Source of the DNA: Verrucomicrobiota bacterium
GTDB lineage: Bacteria; Verrucomicrobiota; Verrucomicrobiia; Opitutales; Seribacteraceae
Direction of reading: 5' to 3'
Length of the DNA stretch: 52,734 nt
Assembly (NCBI GenBank): GCA_027622665.1
Contig: JAQBYT010000030.1
Location: 1-52,734, forward strand
The notes under the pieces are model-generated. The model did not search any database, was not told the origin of the DNA, and saw nothing but the letters and a program-made list of their open reading frames with translations. The position numbers and the translations under genes were made by a program. This document shows positions 37,837 through 48,298 of this stretch, piece after piece. Each line of letters begins with the position of its first letter. Position 1 is the first letter of the stretch.

Positions 37837-39254
37837 TGCCGTTTTTTGACCCCGAATCATTGGCTGAATGGTCAGGAGGAGAGTGGAATCGCTCTCCCCG
37901 TAACTTAGTTGCTGGGTTCTCTCATGATTCCCGAAGGATCGAGTCGGGTGAGATGTTTGTTGCCGTAAGGGCGGAACGTGATGGGCACGATTTTGTTGGA
38001 GATGCAGCAAGATTAGGTGCATCTTGCGCTATGGTGGATCATTTCGTCGCAGAGTGCGATCTTCCCCAACTCAAGACACCCGACGTGGGCGAGGCCTTTC
38101 TCCGGATAGCTCACATGCATCGCAGTAATTTCGAAGGAAAGATTGTCGGTGTGACCGGGAGTTGCGGCAAGACTTCAACAAAAGATGCTCTCCAACTTTT
38201 ACTTGGACGCGAGACATGTCTGGCGACTGACGGCAATTTCAACAATTTGTTGGGAGTTCCACTGACATTGCTCCGATTGGAACATTCCCTCCATCGCCAA
38301 GCTGTGGTCGAGGCCGGAATCAATCAAATCGGGGAGATGGCTAAATTGGCCAAGACAATTGCTCCTGATCTTACTCTAGTAACCATGGTCGCGTCGGCTC
38401 ATCTGGAGGGATTGGGAAGCGAGACAAAGGTGGCTGAAGAGAAATCTAGGTTAATTAAAGATTCCGGAACCGTAAAGACAGCAATCTTTCCAGAGCATTG
38501 CTTACGATTCGATGCATTTCGAGAGGTCAAAGAAGGCGGGGCGGAAAGCCTTGTCCTCAAGTACGGTGACCCCACTGAGGAACCTCCAAAGGGATTCCTC
38601 TTTTTCGATACGAAGACTGAAACATACAGGGTTGGGGATGCCGCGTCGCTTAGGCTAAGGCGACGCGGCTACCCACCCCTATCATTCCCTCTGCCTTTGA
38701 TGTCGGAAGGAATGATAAGTAACTGTGCTCTAGCGGTGGTGGCAGCGCTGGAAATGGGTGTTTCGGAAGATGAGATATTTGAACGCCTGCCCCAATATAA
38801 ACCCTCGGCCCTCAGGGGCAAATGGCTACAGGGCCGAGGGAATTTTTACTATGTGGATTGTTACAACGCCAACCCGGCGTCCATGCTGGATGCCATCCGT
38901 TTCTTCCAACGCGAAGCCGGAGACCTTCCGAAACTCTTAACCTTGGGCGGAATGGATGAACTAGGCGATGCAGGTCCCCGATTACACCAAGAAACAGGCT
39001 CTAGAATTAATATTGGTTCATCCGACAAGGTTCTCCTTGTTGGTGAAAAAGCTCAATGGATGATGGCCGGGATGCTTCAGTCCGGAATCGAAAAAGAATC
39101 GATTGAATCAGTTGCCGATGTGCTGGAGGCCGAATCACTGGTGAGCGAATTCGAGGGAGCTGTTTTACTAAAGGGAAGCAGGTCAAACGCTTTGGAAACG
39201 CTCGTGCCGGATTGGGCCACGGAAGAGGGGAAGATGGAATATGCCGGATGCTGA
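37836..39254 (+). CDS. murF: UDP-MurNAc-pentapeptide synthetase
   Basis: DSR, GVTGSCGKTSTK, GNFNNLLGVPLT, DCYNANP.SM and LLKGSR. Confidence 0.96.
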   Translation: MPFFDPESLAEWSGGEWNRSPRNLVAGFSHDSRRIESGEMFVAVRAERDGHDFVGDAARLGASCAMVDHFVAECDLPQLKTPDVGEAFLRIAHMHRSNFEGKIVGVTGSCGKTSTKDALQLLLGRETCLATDGNFNNLLGVPLTLLRLEHSLHRQAVVEAGINQIGEMAKLAKTIAPDLTLVTMVASAHLEGLGSETKVAEEKSRLIKDSGTVKTAIFPEHCLRFDAFREVKEGGAESLVLKYGDPTEEPPKGFLFFDTKTETYRVGDAASLRLRRRGYPPLSFPLPLMSEGMISNCALAVVAALEMGVSEDEIFERLPQYKPSALRGKWLQGRGNFYYVDCYNANPASMLDAIRFFQREAGDLPKLLTLGGMDELGDAGPRLHQETGSRINIGSSDKVLLVGEKAQWMMAGMLQSGIEKESIESVADVLEAESLVSEFEGAVLLKGSRSNALETLVPDWATEEGKMEYAGC

Positions 39255-40384
39255 CTTATCTTCAAAACCTAGAGGACCTGTTCGGCCCTTTGCGCTTGTT
39301 TCAATTCATTTCTGTTCGCGCCATGATGGCGGGCTTGACCTCGCTTTTTCTTGGGTTTTATCTTGGGCCGCGTCTGTTTGCCCTCCTTCGCTCTTTGGAT
39401 GCGCGGCAAGCATTCCGAAGCGAGGAGGAAGTGGGAGAACTGGCGGGCTTGCACAAAGAGAAGGCGAGTACCCCTACGATGGGGGGGCTACTCATCTTTG
39501 TGTCGGTGGTACTGTCTTCCTTGCTTTGGGCCGATCCGAACGTTTACGTGGTTACGGCTTTGGCGGTTTATACATTGCTCACGGTGGTAGGTTTTTTAGA
39601 CGATTATCTAAAGGTCGCGAAGAGAAACAGCAAGGGGTTGCCCGGGAAAATGAAACTTCTCGGTCAACTAATCGCCGTGGCCGTAGCCTTGTATCTTTTG
39701 ATTGGGCCTGTCGGCGAAATGCTTACCGGCATCAAGGGGAATGCCTCGGGCAGCGCTGCAAAAATGTCCCAGCTGTGGGTTCCGTTCTACAAGGAAGTCT
39801 TGTGGCAGACGATGCCTTTGACCGCTATTTTCGTACTGTTCTTTTTTACACTTTGCGGCTCGAGCAACGCTATAAACCTAACCGACGGACTGGATGGACT
39901 GGCAATAGGTTGTACAGTTACGGTGGCTTTGGCGTACGGACTCATGGCTTATGCCTCGGGAAACTCGATCATTTCCGACTACCTCCTCATCAGCATGGTT
40001 CCCGGAACGGGAGAACTAACCGTAGTCTGCGCAGCTCTTCTGGGAGGTTGCCTGGCCTTCCTTTGGTACAACGCTCCACCGGCGGAAGTGTTCATGGGGG
40101 ATACGGGGTCTTTGGCCATCGGGGGGCTTGTGGGGATAATAGCGTTGATGATTCATCAACCCTTCACCTTGATCATCGTGGGCGGAATTTTCGTTATCGA
40201 GGCTGCGTCGGTCATACTGCAAGTGGCGTCTTTCAAGATGACGGGCAATCGCATCTTTCGAATGGCTCCCATTCACCACCATTTCGAACTGAAAGGCTGG
40301 AAGGAAACGAAGGTGGTAATCCGTTTCTGGATTCTTTCACTACTCTTCGCCATTATGGGTTTGGCGACATTGAAACTAAGGTAG
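39248..40384 (+). CDS. mraY: Phospho-N-acetylmuramoyl-pentapeptide transferase
   Basis: TPTMGG, GFLDDY.K, SNAINLTDGLDGLA, VFMGDTGSL and MAPIHHHFE; ATG at 39248. Confidence 0.98.
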   Translation: MLTYLQNLEDLFGPLRLFQFISVRAMMAGLTSLFLGFYLGPRLFALLRSLDARQAFRSEEEVGELAGLHKEKASTPTMGGLLIFVSVVLSSLLWADPNVYVVTALAVYTLLTVVGFLDDYLKVAKRNSKGLPGKMKLLGQLIAVAVALYLLIGPVGEMLTGIKGNASGSAAKMSQLWVPFYKEVLWQTMPLTAIFVLFFFTLCGSSNAINLTDGLDGLAIGCTVTVALAYGLMAYASGNSIISDYLLISMVPGTGELTVVCAALLGGCLAFLWYNAPPAEVFMGDTGSLAIGGLVGIIALMIHQPFTLIIVGGIFVIEAASVILQVASFKMTGNRIFRMAPIHHHFELKGWKETKVVIRFWILSLLFAIMGLATLKLR

Positions 40385-40385
40385 G

Positions 40386-41690
40386 ATGGGGACAGTGAGT
40401 AAATTATCTTTGGATTGGCATGAGTTGCGGCGTAAACCCGTCGCAATTCTTGGCGCGGGCGTGAGCGGTAGAGGAGTGGAAAAACTTCTTCACTCACTGG
40501 ATTGGGAATACGCGACCTTCGACCAGCAAAGCCGAGCCTTCGGGTGGACGGAGGCAAAGGCTTGCTCGGTCGCGGTTGTAAGCCCGGGGTTCGCCCCGGA
40601 TCACTCTTGGATCGAAATAGCGAAAAAAGCGGGTATGACAGTACTGGGGGAAGCTGATTTCGCCTCGGCTTTTTGGCCGGGTAAAATTGTTGCGGTGACG
40701 GGCACGAATGGCAAGACCACCTTGGTTCGCTTTCTGGCGAAACTATTCAATGAAACGAACCTATCCGCCGTGGCCACGGGAAACATAGGGTATTCGTTTT
40801 CGGACTTGGTGGCCGAAAGGCGGGATAGTTCGGTTACGGCTATGCTCGAACTAAGTTCATTTCAGACAGAGAATCTTAGGCTTTTACAGCCAGATGCGGT
40901 AATCTGGACAAACGTCGCCGAAGACCATCTCGATCGTCATAGCGACATGCCGTCTTACATACGGGCAAAAAGTCATTTGGTAGACAGGTTGGAGAGTGGT
41001 CCGTTTCTGGCCGGCGTTTCCGTAGTTGAGTCTGCTCACGAAATGGGAGTAACTTTATCTTGCCAACCAAAAACAATTTCAAGGGATGATGCAAATCGGA
41101 TCTCCGTTCCCGTGGGTTCTCCATTTGCTACTTTTCCTCAACGAGAAAATCTTGCTCTCGCCCTGGCATTTGCAGGTTCGCAGGGAATAAGCGATGAGTC
41201 CGTGATTAAGGTGTTGGACGGATTTGTTGGCGAACCGCATCGGTTGGAGAAAGTTGCAACTGTGGGAAACGCGACCTTTTGGAACGATTCCAAAGCCACG
41301 AATTTTTCCGCCGCATTGGCGGCTTGCCGGCATTTTGCAGGTAAAGCTTTCTGGATAGGTGGGGGACGATCCAAGGGTGCCGATGAGGAGGCATTTGCAT
41401 ATCGGTTTCACAAACTTGTCGCCAGAGCTTACCTTGTTGGCGAGACGGGGCCTTCACTAGGGAAGCGGCTGTCCGCATTGGGATTGCCCACAAAGATTTT
41501 CGGGGAACTGGCTCAAGCTGTTAAGGCGGCTTTCGAAGACGTTCGCGAAGCTACTGACATTCTTTTCAGTCCGGGATTTTCCAGTTTTGACACTTATTCG
41601 GATTATTCGGAACGCGGAAAAACTTTCGTTCGATATGTTTTACAATTGAAGGATTCCACGCGTATGCGTACTCCAGTTACGCAGGCTTAA
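40386..41690 (+). CDS. murD: UDP-MurNAc-L-Ala--D-Glu ligase
   Basis: G.GVSG, VSPG, VTGTNGKTT, ELSSFQ, DHLDRH, NDSKATN and FSPG.SSFD. Confidence 0.96.
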   Translation: MGTVSKLSLDWHELRRKPVAILGAGVSGRGVEKLLHSLDWEYATFDQQSRAFGWTEAKACSVAVVSPGFAPDHSWIEIAKKAGMTVLGEADFASAFWPGKIVAVTGTNGKTTLVRFLAKLFNETNLSAVATGNIGYSFSDLVAERRDSSVTAMLELSSFQTENLRLLQPDAVIWTNVAEDHLDRHSDMPSYIRAKSHLVDRLESGPFLAGVSVVESAHEMGVTLSCQPKTISRDDANRISVPVGSPFATFPQRENLALALAFAGSQGISDESVIKVLDGFVGEPHRLEKVATVGNATFWNDSKATNFSAALAACRHFAGKAFWIGGGRSKGADEEAFAYRFHKLVARAYLVGETGPSLGKRLSALGLPTKIFGELAQAVKAAFEDVREATDILFSPGFSSFDTYSDYSERGKTFVRYVLQLKDSTRMRTPVTQA

Positions 41691-41716
41691 GAGATTATAA
41701 AAAGGAGAACCGTACC

Positions 41717-42721
41717 ATGAAACTAACTAAAATATTCGGAATTGTCTTGTCCTTACACGTCGGAGTCATCCTCCTCGTGATGTTCCAACCCAGTTGCAAC
41801 ACCATCAAGAAGGGAAAGGGAGACCAAAACGGAACTACGGAAACTGCTCCTCCCGAGACCGGAGTGGATCCTGCATTTAACGCAGGTACCGGGACTGAGG
41901 ATCCGCCAAGTGAGTCGGCATCTGGAACCGCTCCAACGGGGCGGTCTTCTCCCACTCGTCCCGATCCGGGCGGATTGATCGTTCCCGGAGGGACGGATGA
42001 TCCTACAGGAACTGTGCTGCGACCTGAGGGAGTAAGCGTTTACACAATTGCTAAGGGAGACACCCTTTGGGGGATTGCCCGCAAGAAGAATGTCTCCTTG
42101 AATCTCCTCCTCGGAGCAAATCCGGGATTGAACAAAAATGCCTCATTACGTGTCGGACAGGAAGTTCTAGTGCCGGGGGGCGGAACAACTGTCACCACCG
42201 GAACGGGGGGGCCATCCAGACCGGATCCTACGATTGTTTCTCCGGGAGCCACTTCCTACGTCATTAAGAAAGGAGATAATCTAACTCGAATTGCATCTTC
42301 TCACGGTGTTTCGATACAGGCACTGCGGACCACTAACGGGTTATCCGACGACACTCTCCGGATTGGTCAAACTCTTGTTATACCTGGAGGTGGATCAACT
42401 GTAAGCACACCTACACCGGTTCAAGCACCGGAAGCTTCGCTTGGAGGTAATAATTACACGGTCCGTTCCGGTGACAACCTATCCCGCATCGCCGTCACCT
42501 ACGGTACCACAGTGCCAAAGCTGTTGGCACTTAACGGACTGTCGAACGCTAACAGCATTCGAATAGGACAGGTTCTCATTGTATCGGGGGCAACTCCTCC
42601 TCCTATTCCTTTGGCGCCATCTCCCGTGGTTCCAGTTCCAACTCCTTCTCCAACCTCTCCAGATCCCAACAACTTGGAAGGTTTCTTCGCCCCCCCCGTG
42701 GTGGAGGTTCCCGAGGAATGA
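41717..42721 (+). CDS. LysM peptidoglycan-binding protein (3 LysM domains, N-terminal anchor)
   Basis: Three LysM repeats (YTIAKGDTLWGIA, YVIKKGDNLTRIA, YTVRSGDNLSRIA) separated by Pro/Thr/Gly linkers. Confidence 0.92.
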   Translation: MKLTKIFGIVLSLHVGVILLVMFQPSCNTIKKGKGDQNGTTETAPPETGVDPAFNAGTGTEDPPSESASGTAPTGRSSPTRPDPGGLIVPGGTDDPTGTVLRPEGVSVYTIAKGDTLWGIARKKNVSLNLLLGANPGLNKNASLRVGQEVLVPGGGTTVTTGTGGPSRPDPTIVSPGATSYVIKKGDNLTRIASSHGVSIQALRTTNGLSDDTLRIGQTLVIPGGGSTVSTPTPVQAPEASLGGNNYTVRSGDNLSRIAVTYGTTVPKLLALNGLSNANSIRIGQVLIVSGATPPPIPLAPSPVVPVPTPSPTSPDPNNLEGFFAPPVVEVPEE

Positions 42722-42768
42722 GTTCATTGTTCAAATAAGGCACAAATGGAATTGGGTGGTGTTAAAAT

Positions 42769-43917
42769 ATGATTATTGGGCAAGCTACGGCAACACGTTC
42801 ATCGGTGAGCGGTGGCCACTTCATTCCCGTTTTCGTCATCACCGTAGCTTTGGCTCTTACGACTTTGGGCCTGGTTATGCTCTTCAGTGCGGGTGCCGTA
42901 ACGAAGAGCGGTCCGCACGCCTTGGTCTCCAAGCAGGCGATTTGGTTGTGCCTCTCGATCGTGGCAGGGGGAATCTCGGCGTTCGTCAATCTGGAATGGC
43001 TTCGCAGACGGGCTTGGTTGCTCTACGGCATCTGTGCTTTGGCATTGATATTGGTTTTGGTTCCCGGGTTAGGGGTCAAGGTGAATGGATCTCAGCGCTG
43101 GCTCGGTCTGGGCCCTTTGCGATTGCAACCATCGGAGTTCTCAAAGATCGGCCTTGTTTTGATTCTTGCCGTTTACCTTTCCGCGAATCAAAGGGAGATC
43201 AAGTCCCTCTGGCGAGGTTTTGTTTGCCCCTCCCTCGTTCTCGGACTCGTTCTCGGTTTGATTATGTTGCAACCCGATTACGGTACGACTTTTCTGTGCG
43301 GGGCGGTCGGCGCAACCATGATGTTTCTGGCAGGGGTCAGTTTACGATGGCTTCTTCCTGTTGCTGGTTTGGCAATCTCATTATTTGGCTTAGCGGTTTA
43401 TCTAGACCCCGTGCGAATTCGAAGAGTCACTTCATTTCTCGACGTGGAGGCCAATGCCAACGACAGCGCTTACCAACTTTGGCAAGGTATGCTCGCTTTC
43501 GGTGTCGGAGGGCTAGATGGAGTAGGGCTCGGCAAGGGAAGGCAGCAGATGCATTTCCTGCCAGAGGCTCATACCGACTTCATCTTTTCCGTAATTGGCG
43601 AGGAACTCGGTCTGATTTTCTCACTCGGAATCGTCGCATGCTTCCTCGCATTGTTCGTTCTTGTTGCCTGGCGATTGAGGGAGGCTCCAAATTTATACCT
43701 TTTTCTAATTGGTTCGGGAGCTATTTTGGCAATCGCTCTACAGGCTGTCATAAACGTGGGTGTCGTGACTGGTTCGATGCCCACCAAAGGCATGTCGTTA
43801 CCTTTTATCAGCTATGGAGGGTCCAACTTGATGGTCACTTTCGTGCTCATCGGTTTGATTCTAAACGTATTCCGAAGCTGGGGAGGTCCCGTCCTCTCGC
43901 GGTCGAGAGAACTTTAG
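42769..43917 (+). CDS. ftsW: SEDS peptidoglycan glycosyltransferase FtsW
   Basis: VNGSQRW, QPSEFSK, QPDYGT, LPEAHTDFIFSVIGEE and PTKG.SLPFISYGGS. Confidence 0.97.
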   Translation: MIIGQATATRSSVSGGHFIPVFVITVALALTTLGLVMLFSAGAVTKSGPHALVSKQAIWLCLSIVAGGISAFVNLEWLRRRAWLLYGICALALILVLVPGLGVKVNGSQRWLGLGPLRLQPSEFSKIGLVLILAVYLSANQREIKSLWRGFVCPSLVLGLVLGLIMLQPDYGTTFLCGAVGATMMFLAGVSLRWLLPVAGLAISLFGLAVYLDPVRIRRVTSFLDVEANANDSAYQLWQGMLAFGVGGLDGVGLGKGRQQMHFLPEAHTDFIFSVIGEELGLIFSLGIVACFLALFVLVAWRLREAPNLYLFLIGSGAILAIALQAVINVGVVTGSMPTKGMSLPFISYGGSNLMVTFVLIGLILNVFRSWGGPVLSRSREL

Positions 43918-43942
43918 TGAGGAATGAGATGATTACAGCATC

Positions 43943-45079
43943 ATGAGAAACGTCGTAATAGCATGCGGAGGAACCGGAGGTCACCTGACTCCCGGGATCG
44001 CTCTTGCACAGAGTTTGGAAGAAAAAGGCTACCCCTGCTGGATGTTTATCAGCAACAAAATGGTCGATTCGCGTCTGTCGAAGAATTATCCCGAGCTTAG
44101 TTTCGTACGCGTCCCCGGTGCTCCTTTCCTCAAAACCCCGCTCGGATTTGGTCGCTTCGCCAAGGGCTTGGTGTCTTCTTATTTTCATTCCCTCCGATTC
44201 TATCGCAACATTGGTGCAGACGCTTTGTTTGGTTTTGGCGGCTTTACCTCAGTCGGCCCGGTTTTGGCAGCGCGTAGTCGTGGGATACCGGTGTTCCTGC
44301 ATGAAGCCAATCGAGCGGTCGGACGCGCCGTGCGTTTGCTTCGTAAAAAGGCGAGTAGGCTATACCTCCCGGACGGGATCAGGATGGATGGCGTTTCTTC
44401 CAAAGTGGTTCGACATTTGGGTTATCCGCTGCGCAGAGAATTTCGTCGAATTCCTCGGGAGCGAGCTCGCAGGAGCTTGGGCGTAGGTTCCACGGAACGA
44501 CTGCTCGTGGTATTGGGAGGAAGCCAAGGCGCAACCTCTCTCAACCAATGGGTGAAAGAGCATTTGGAGGCATTCGCCTCGAATGGGATCAGTGTTTATT
44601 GCCTTACTGGAATGGGTAACGAAAGTTCGGGCGTTATTGAAATGACTGGGCCCGACGGTTCTTCCGTGCCAATGAGGTTTGTGCCTTTCAGCGATGAGAT
44701 GAGCACCGTTCTTTCCGCCGCTGACTTGGTCATCTCTCGAGCTGGCGCAGGTTCTATTTCCGAAATCGTCCGATGTCGCGTCCCTTCGATTTTGGTTCCT
44801 TACCCCTTTGCGGCGGACGATCACCAAGCCCTTAACGCCTCCTTTATCGAGCAGAAGGGAGCTGCCATCGTATGTCCACAGGATCAGATCGATGAATTGC
44901 TTTTTGAGGAAGCCCGCGAAGTAATGTTCAACGAGGAGTTTCGAGCAGTTTTGCGTCGGAACTTGGTGGCGACGGACCCCGGAGACGTGGTGTCGGAAAT
45001 CGTTTTCGACGTTACCAATGTTCTAAAAGAAAGCGGTAATCCCGACGTCGTCGCAGGCGGATTGCCTTTTGCCGGATGA
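43943..45079 (+). CDS. murG: Lipid II GlcNAc transferase MurG
   Basis: GGTGGH.PG, GFGGF, HEAN, GGSQGA, SRAGA and PYPFAADDHQ..NA. Confidence 0.97.
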   Translation: MRNVVIACGGTGGHLTPGIALAQSLEEKGYPCWMFISNKMVDSRLSKNYPELSFVRVPGAPFLKTPLGFGRFAKGLVSSYFHSLRFYRNIGADALFGFGGFTSVGPVLAARSRGIPVFLHEANRAVGRAVRLLRKKASRLYLPDGIRMDGVSSKVVRHLGYPLRREFRRIPRERARRSLGVGSTERLLVVLGGSQGATSLNQWVKEHLEAFASNGISVYCLTGMGNESSGVIEMTGPDGSSVPMRFVPFSDEMSTVLSAADLVISRAGAGSISEIVRCRVPSILVPYPFAADDHQALNASFIEQKGAAIVCPQDQIDELLFEEAREVMFNEEFRAVLRRNLVATDPGDVVSEIVFDVTNVLKESGNPDVVAGGLPFAG

Positions 45080-47277
45080 AGGTTCCTCGCAAATGCTTTC
45101 TCCTTGGTGCCGGTGGCATGGGTATGGCCCCATTGGCCATGTACTTGCGTGGAGCAGGTGTCGATGTGGAAGCTTTTGACGACTCTTTTCGGAAACCTGT
45201 TCGCAGTTTGCTTGAAAAATCCGGAGTGCGTATTCTTTCGGAACCCGTTCCTAGTTTTCGTCCCGACGTCGTGGTTCGGTCTTCCGCCATTGCCGAGAAC
45301 CTGTCTGCCTTGGATCAATGGAAGGAGCAAGGCATACCTGTTTTGAGGAGAGGAGATTTTCTGGCTAAGCTGACTGCCGAATGCAAAGTTTTGGCCGTGG
45401 TCGGAAGTCACGGCAAGACCACTACTGCGGCGATGCTTGCGTGGCTTTTGCGTAAAGCCGGTTTTCCATGCGGATACCTCGTCGGAGGATTGTTTCGCGA
45501 TCCGGAGATACCTCCCGGAGCGTATTCGGATTCGCCTTGGGTGGTAATCGAGGTGGACGAGAGCGACGGTACGATCGATGGATTTAGCCCCACCGCCACC
45601 CTCTGCTTGAACTGCGATTGGGATCACACCGATCAATATTCTTCGCAACAGGGGTTTAGCGAAACGCTCGGCGGACTTTTTTCTCGTACCGAGAGCGCCG
45701 TCATTATTCCTGAGGGTGATGATCTGGTGAAATTGGCTCAATTCTCGGCAACCTGTCCAATGATCACTTTTGAGAATTCTCTCGAACCCGGATCCTACAA
45801 TTCACGCAATGCGGCCGCTGCGTTTGCGGCATGTCGTTATCTCGGACTAAATCCTGCCTCGGAGGACTTGGCTGATTTTCCGGGCCTCGCCCGTCGACAA
45901 GTCGTTCTTGCCGAATCGCCCGATCGGCTCGTCTGGGAGGACTACGCCCACCATCCCACGGAAATTCGCGCCGTATTGGCGGAAGCCGAAAATCACTTTC
46001 CCGACCGTCGGCTAAAAGTCGTCTTTCAGCCGCATCGCTATTCACGGACACGTGCCCTGATCGCTGAGTTCGCCGAGGAATTGTCGGCGGCGGACGATTT
46101 ATTTCTTCTGCCTACCTATGGGGCTTTCGAATCTCCGGACATCCAAGGATCGGTGGAGAAAATGATGGGCTACTTGCCCCCTCGTCTTCGCAACGCGACG
46201 CGGGTCTTCTCGCATTTTGGAGACTTGCGTGATGCCATCGGAACAGCACCTCCCGAAGGTGATCAAGTTTTGTTTCTGGGTGCCGGTGATCTGGATCGAC
46301 ACGCCCACGCCTTTGCCTCCTGGCAACTGTCAAAGGGCGATGCTTGGCTCGCATGGTCCAATTATCTTCAAACGCGCTTGTCGAAGGACTGTATTCTTCG
46401 CATGAACGAACCGTTGGCCGACAAGACTACTTTGCGGGTAGGTGGTTCAGCCACCGCATATGCGGAACCTTCCTGTTCGGAGGATTTGCGCGAATTGGTG
46501 GATGCCTGCTCCCTCTTCGATTTCCCTTTTTTCGTAATGGGGCGCGGTTCCAACTTGATTGTGCCAGACGATGGTTTTTCCGGTCTGGCGCTTCGTCTCG
46601 TAGCACCTGCTTGGAGAGAAGTTCGCCTAGTCGGCGACGATACTTTTGTCGTCCAAGCCGGAACCAAGCTGAAAGAGATTTGCCGTATGGCTTGTGAACA
46701 CGGGCTGGCAGGTTTTGAGTTTCTGGAAGGCATTCCCGGCACCTTGGGTGGAGCCTTGCGAATGAATGCCGGCGCCATGGGCGGGGAGATTTGCGACCTT
46801 GTCGAAACCGTAACTTTTCTTATGCCGAACGGTCGCGTCCGTGATATTGCAGGCGAAAACCTAACCGTGGGGTATCGTATCTGCGCAGAGGCCGAGGAGG
46901 GCATCGTCTTGCGGGCTCGTCTTCGTGCCACCGGTTTTTCGACCAAGACCGAAGTTCGTCAGCGGATCGACGAATTTTCCAAGAAACGTTGGGCATCGCA
47001 ACCTCGCGAATCCAGCGCCGGATGCATCTTTCGGAATCCGACCGACGATTCCGCCGGACGGCTCATTGACCATCATGGACTGAAGGGAGAGTCCCTCGGG
47101 GCTGCATCGATTTCGAACGTTCACGCAAATTTTATCGTCAATAAAGGTGGTGCTACCGCGGATGAGGTTATTAGCCTGATCCGGCGGGTGCGCGGAAAAG
47201 TTAAGGATTCCACAGGTGTGGAACTGCAACCTGAAGTCACCCTTCTGGGGAAAAGCTGGGAAGACGCATTGAATTGA
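45076..47277 (+). CDS. murC: Bifunctional MurC-MurB fusion (UDP-MurNAc-L-Ala ligase / UDP-GlcNAc-enolpyruvate reductase)
   Basis: MurC motifs GAGGMGM, GSHGKTTT, EVDESDG, DYAHHPTE and FQPHRYSR. MurB motifs TTLRVGG.A, GRGSN, GIPGTLGG..MNAGA, SAGCIFRNP and HANFIVN. Confidence 0.95.
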   Translation: MKVPRKCFLLGAGGMGMAPLAMYLRGAGVDVEAFDDSFRKPVRSLLEKSGVRILSEPVPSFRPDVVVRSSAIAENLSALDQWKEQGIPVLRRGDFLAKLTAECKVLAVVGSHGKTTTAAMLAWLLRKAGFPCGYLVGGLFRDPEIPPGAYSDSPWVVIEVDESDGTIDGFSPTATLCLNCDWDHTDQYSSQQGFSETLGGLFSRTESAVIIPEGDDLVKLAQFSATCPMITFENSLEPGSYNSRNAAAAFAACRYLGLNPASEDLADFPGLARRQVVLAESPDRLVWEDYAHHPTEIRAVLAEAENHFPDRRLKVVFQPHRYSRTRALIAEFAEELSAADDLFLLPTYGAFESPDIQGSVEKMMGYLPPRLRNATRVFSHFGDLRDAIGTAPPEGDQVLFLGAGDLDRHAHAFASWQLSKGDAWLAWSNYLQTRLSKDCILRMNEPLADKTTLRVGGSATAYAEPSCSEDLRELVDACSLFDFPFFVMGRGSNLIVPDDGFSGLALRLVAPAWREVRLVGDDTFVVQAGTKLKEICRMACEHGLAGFEFLEGIPGTLGGALRMNAGAMGGEICDLVETVTFLMPNGRVRDIAGENLTVGYRICAEAEEGIVLRARLRATGFSTKTEVRQRIDEFSKKRWASQPRESSAGCIFRNPTDDSAGRLIDHHGLKGESLGAASISNVHANFIVNKGGATADEVISLIRRVRGKVKDSTGVELQPEVTLLGKSWEDALN

Positions 47278-47334
47278 TTGACCACTAAAAACCAATGGCT
47301 GTGGTGGCCTTAACGAGTTGGCGGGTACTCATAT

Positions 47335-48270
47335 ATGACAGAAAATAATTTACCATCTATTACGGTGCTATCAGGTGGAGTGGGGGAGGAACGAGAGATT
47401 TCACTTGAGACTGGACAAGCGATCTCATCGGCTCTGCGGGACCGCTTTGGCGTCACCCTCGTGGACTTGGAGCAGACTGCTCTTCCGCCCGACTTGGACG
47501 GCTCGGATACGATCGTGTTTCCCGCCATTCATGGAACTTTTGGAGAAGACGGCACCCTGCAGAGACTCTTGGATGAGCGCGGAGTCGAGTACGCCGGAAG
47601 CTGTTCCACCTCTAGCAAGCTGTGCATGGAAAAGCATTTGACGAAAAATCGGGTAGGGGAAGCCGGCGTCCGAGTTGCGCCCGGAAGATTCTTTCGTGAT
47701 CTGAGCGAGGTTTCCGCAAGTGATTTGGTCGCTACTCTCGGAAACGATTTGATCGTCAAGCCCACAGACCAAGGAAGCAGTGTTCGCTTAAGAGTCGTTA
47801 AAAGTGAACAAGAATTGGAAGCCTTGCTTCCCGAATTGCCCAAGGGGAACTGGTTGATTGAAAAACGAATCCGTGGTCGTGAGTTGACCGTTGGCGTGTT
47901 GCGGGGCAAGCCTCTCGGAGTGGTTGAGGTCATTCCGCTTGGCGGTGTCTACGACTACGAACGAAAGTACCAATCGGGACAGACCGAATACCGCTATCCC
48001 GCCGTTTTGACTTGTGAAGTGGAGGAAGAGGTTAAAAACGCTGCCCGCACGGCCTTCGAGGTTTGCGGGTGCCGGGATTTTGCTCGGGTGGATTTTATCG
48101 TCTGTGAAGACGGGCATTCACATTTTCTGGAGGTGAACACCCTTCCGGGACTCACCGAAACCAGTCTGCTTCCCAAAAGCGCATCCTGCGCAGGTTACGA
48201 TTTCGGCCACTTAGCCCTGGAGTTGATAGAGCCTGCTATCGATCGCTTCATCCTACGCAAGGCCTCCTGA
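47335..48270 (+). CDS. ddl: D-alanine--D-alanine ligase
   Basis: GG...EREISL.TG, IHGTFGEDG, KP..QGSS, YDYERKY, RVDF and LEVNTLPG.T..SL.P. Confidence 0.97.
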   Translation: MTENNLPSITVLSGGVGEEREISLETGQAISSALRDRFGVTLVDLEQTALPPDLDGSDTIVFPAIHGTFGEDGTLQRLLDERGVEYAGSCSTSSKLCMEKHLTKNRVGEAGVRVAPGRFFRDLSEVSASDLVATLGNDLIVKPTDQGSSVRLRVVKSEQELEALLPELPKGNWLIEKRIRGRELTVGVLRGKPLGVVEVIPLGGVYDYERKYQSGQTEYRYPAVLTCEVEEEVKNAARTAFEVCGCRDFARVDFIVCEDGHSHFLEVNTLPGLTETSLLPKSASCAGYDFGHLALELIEPAIDRFILRKAS

Positions 48271-48298
48271 TGACACGATCCGAAACGAGAAGCTTATA

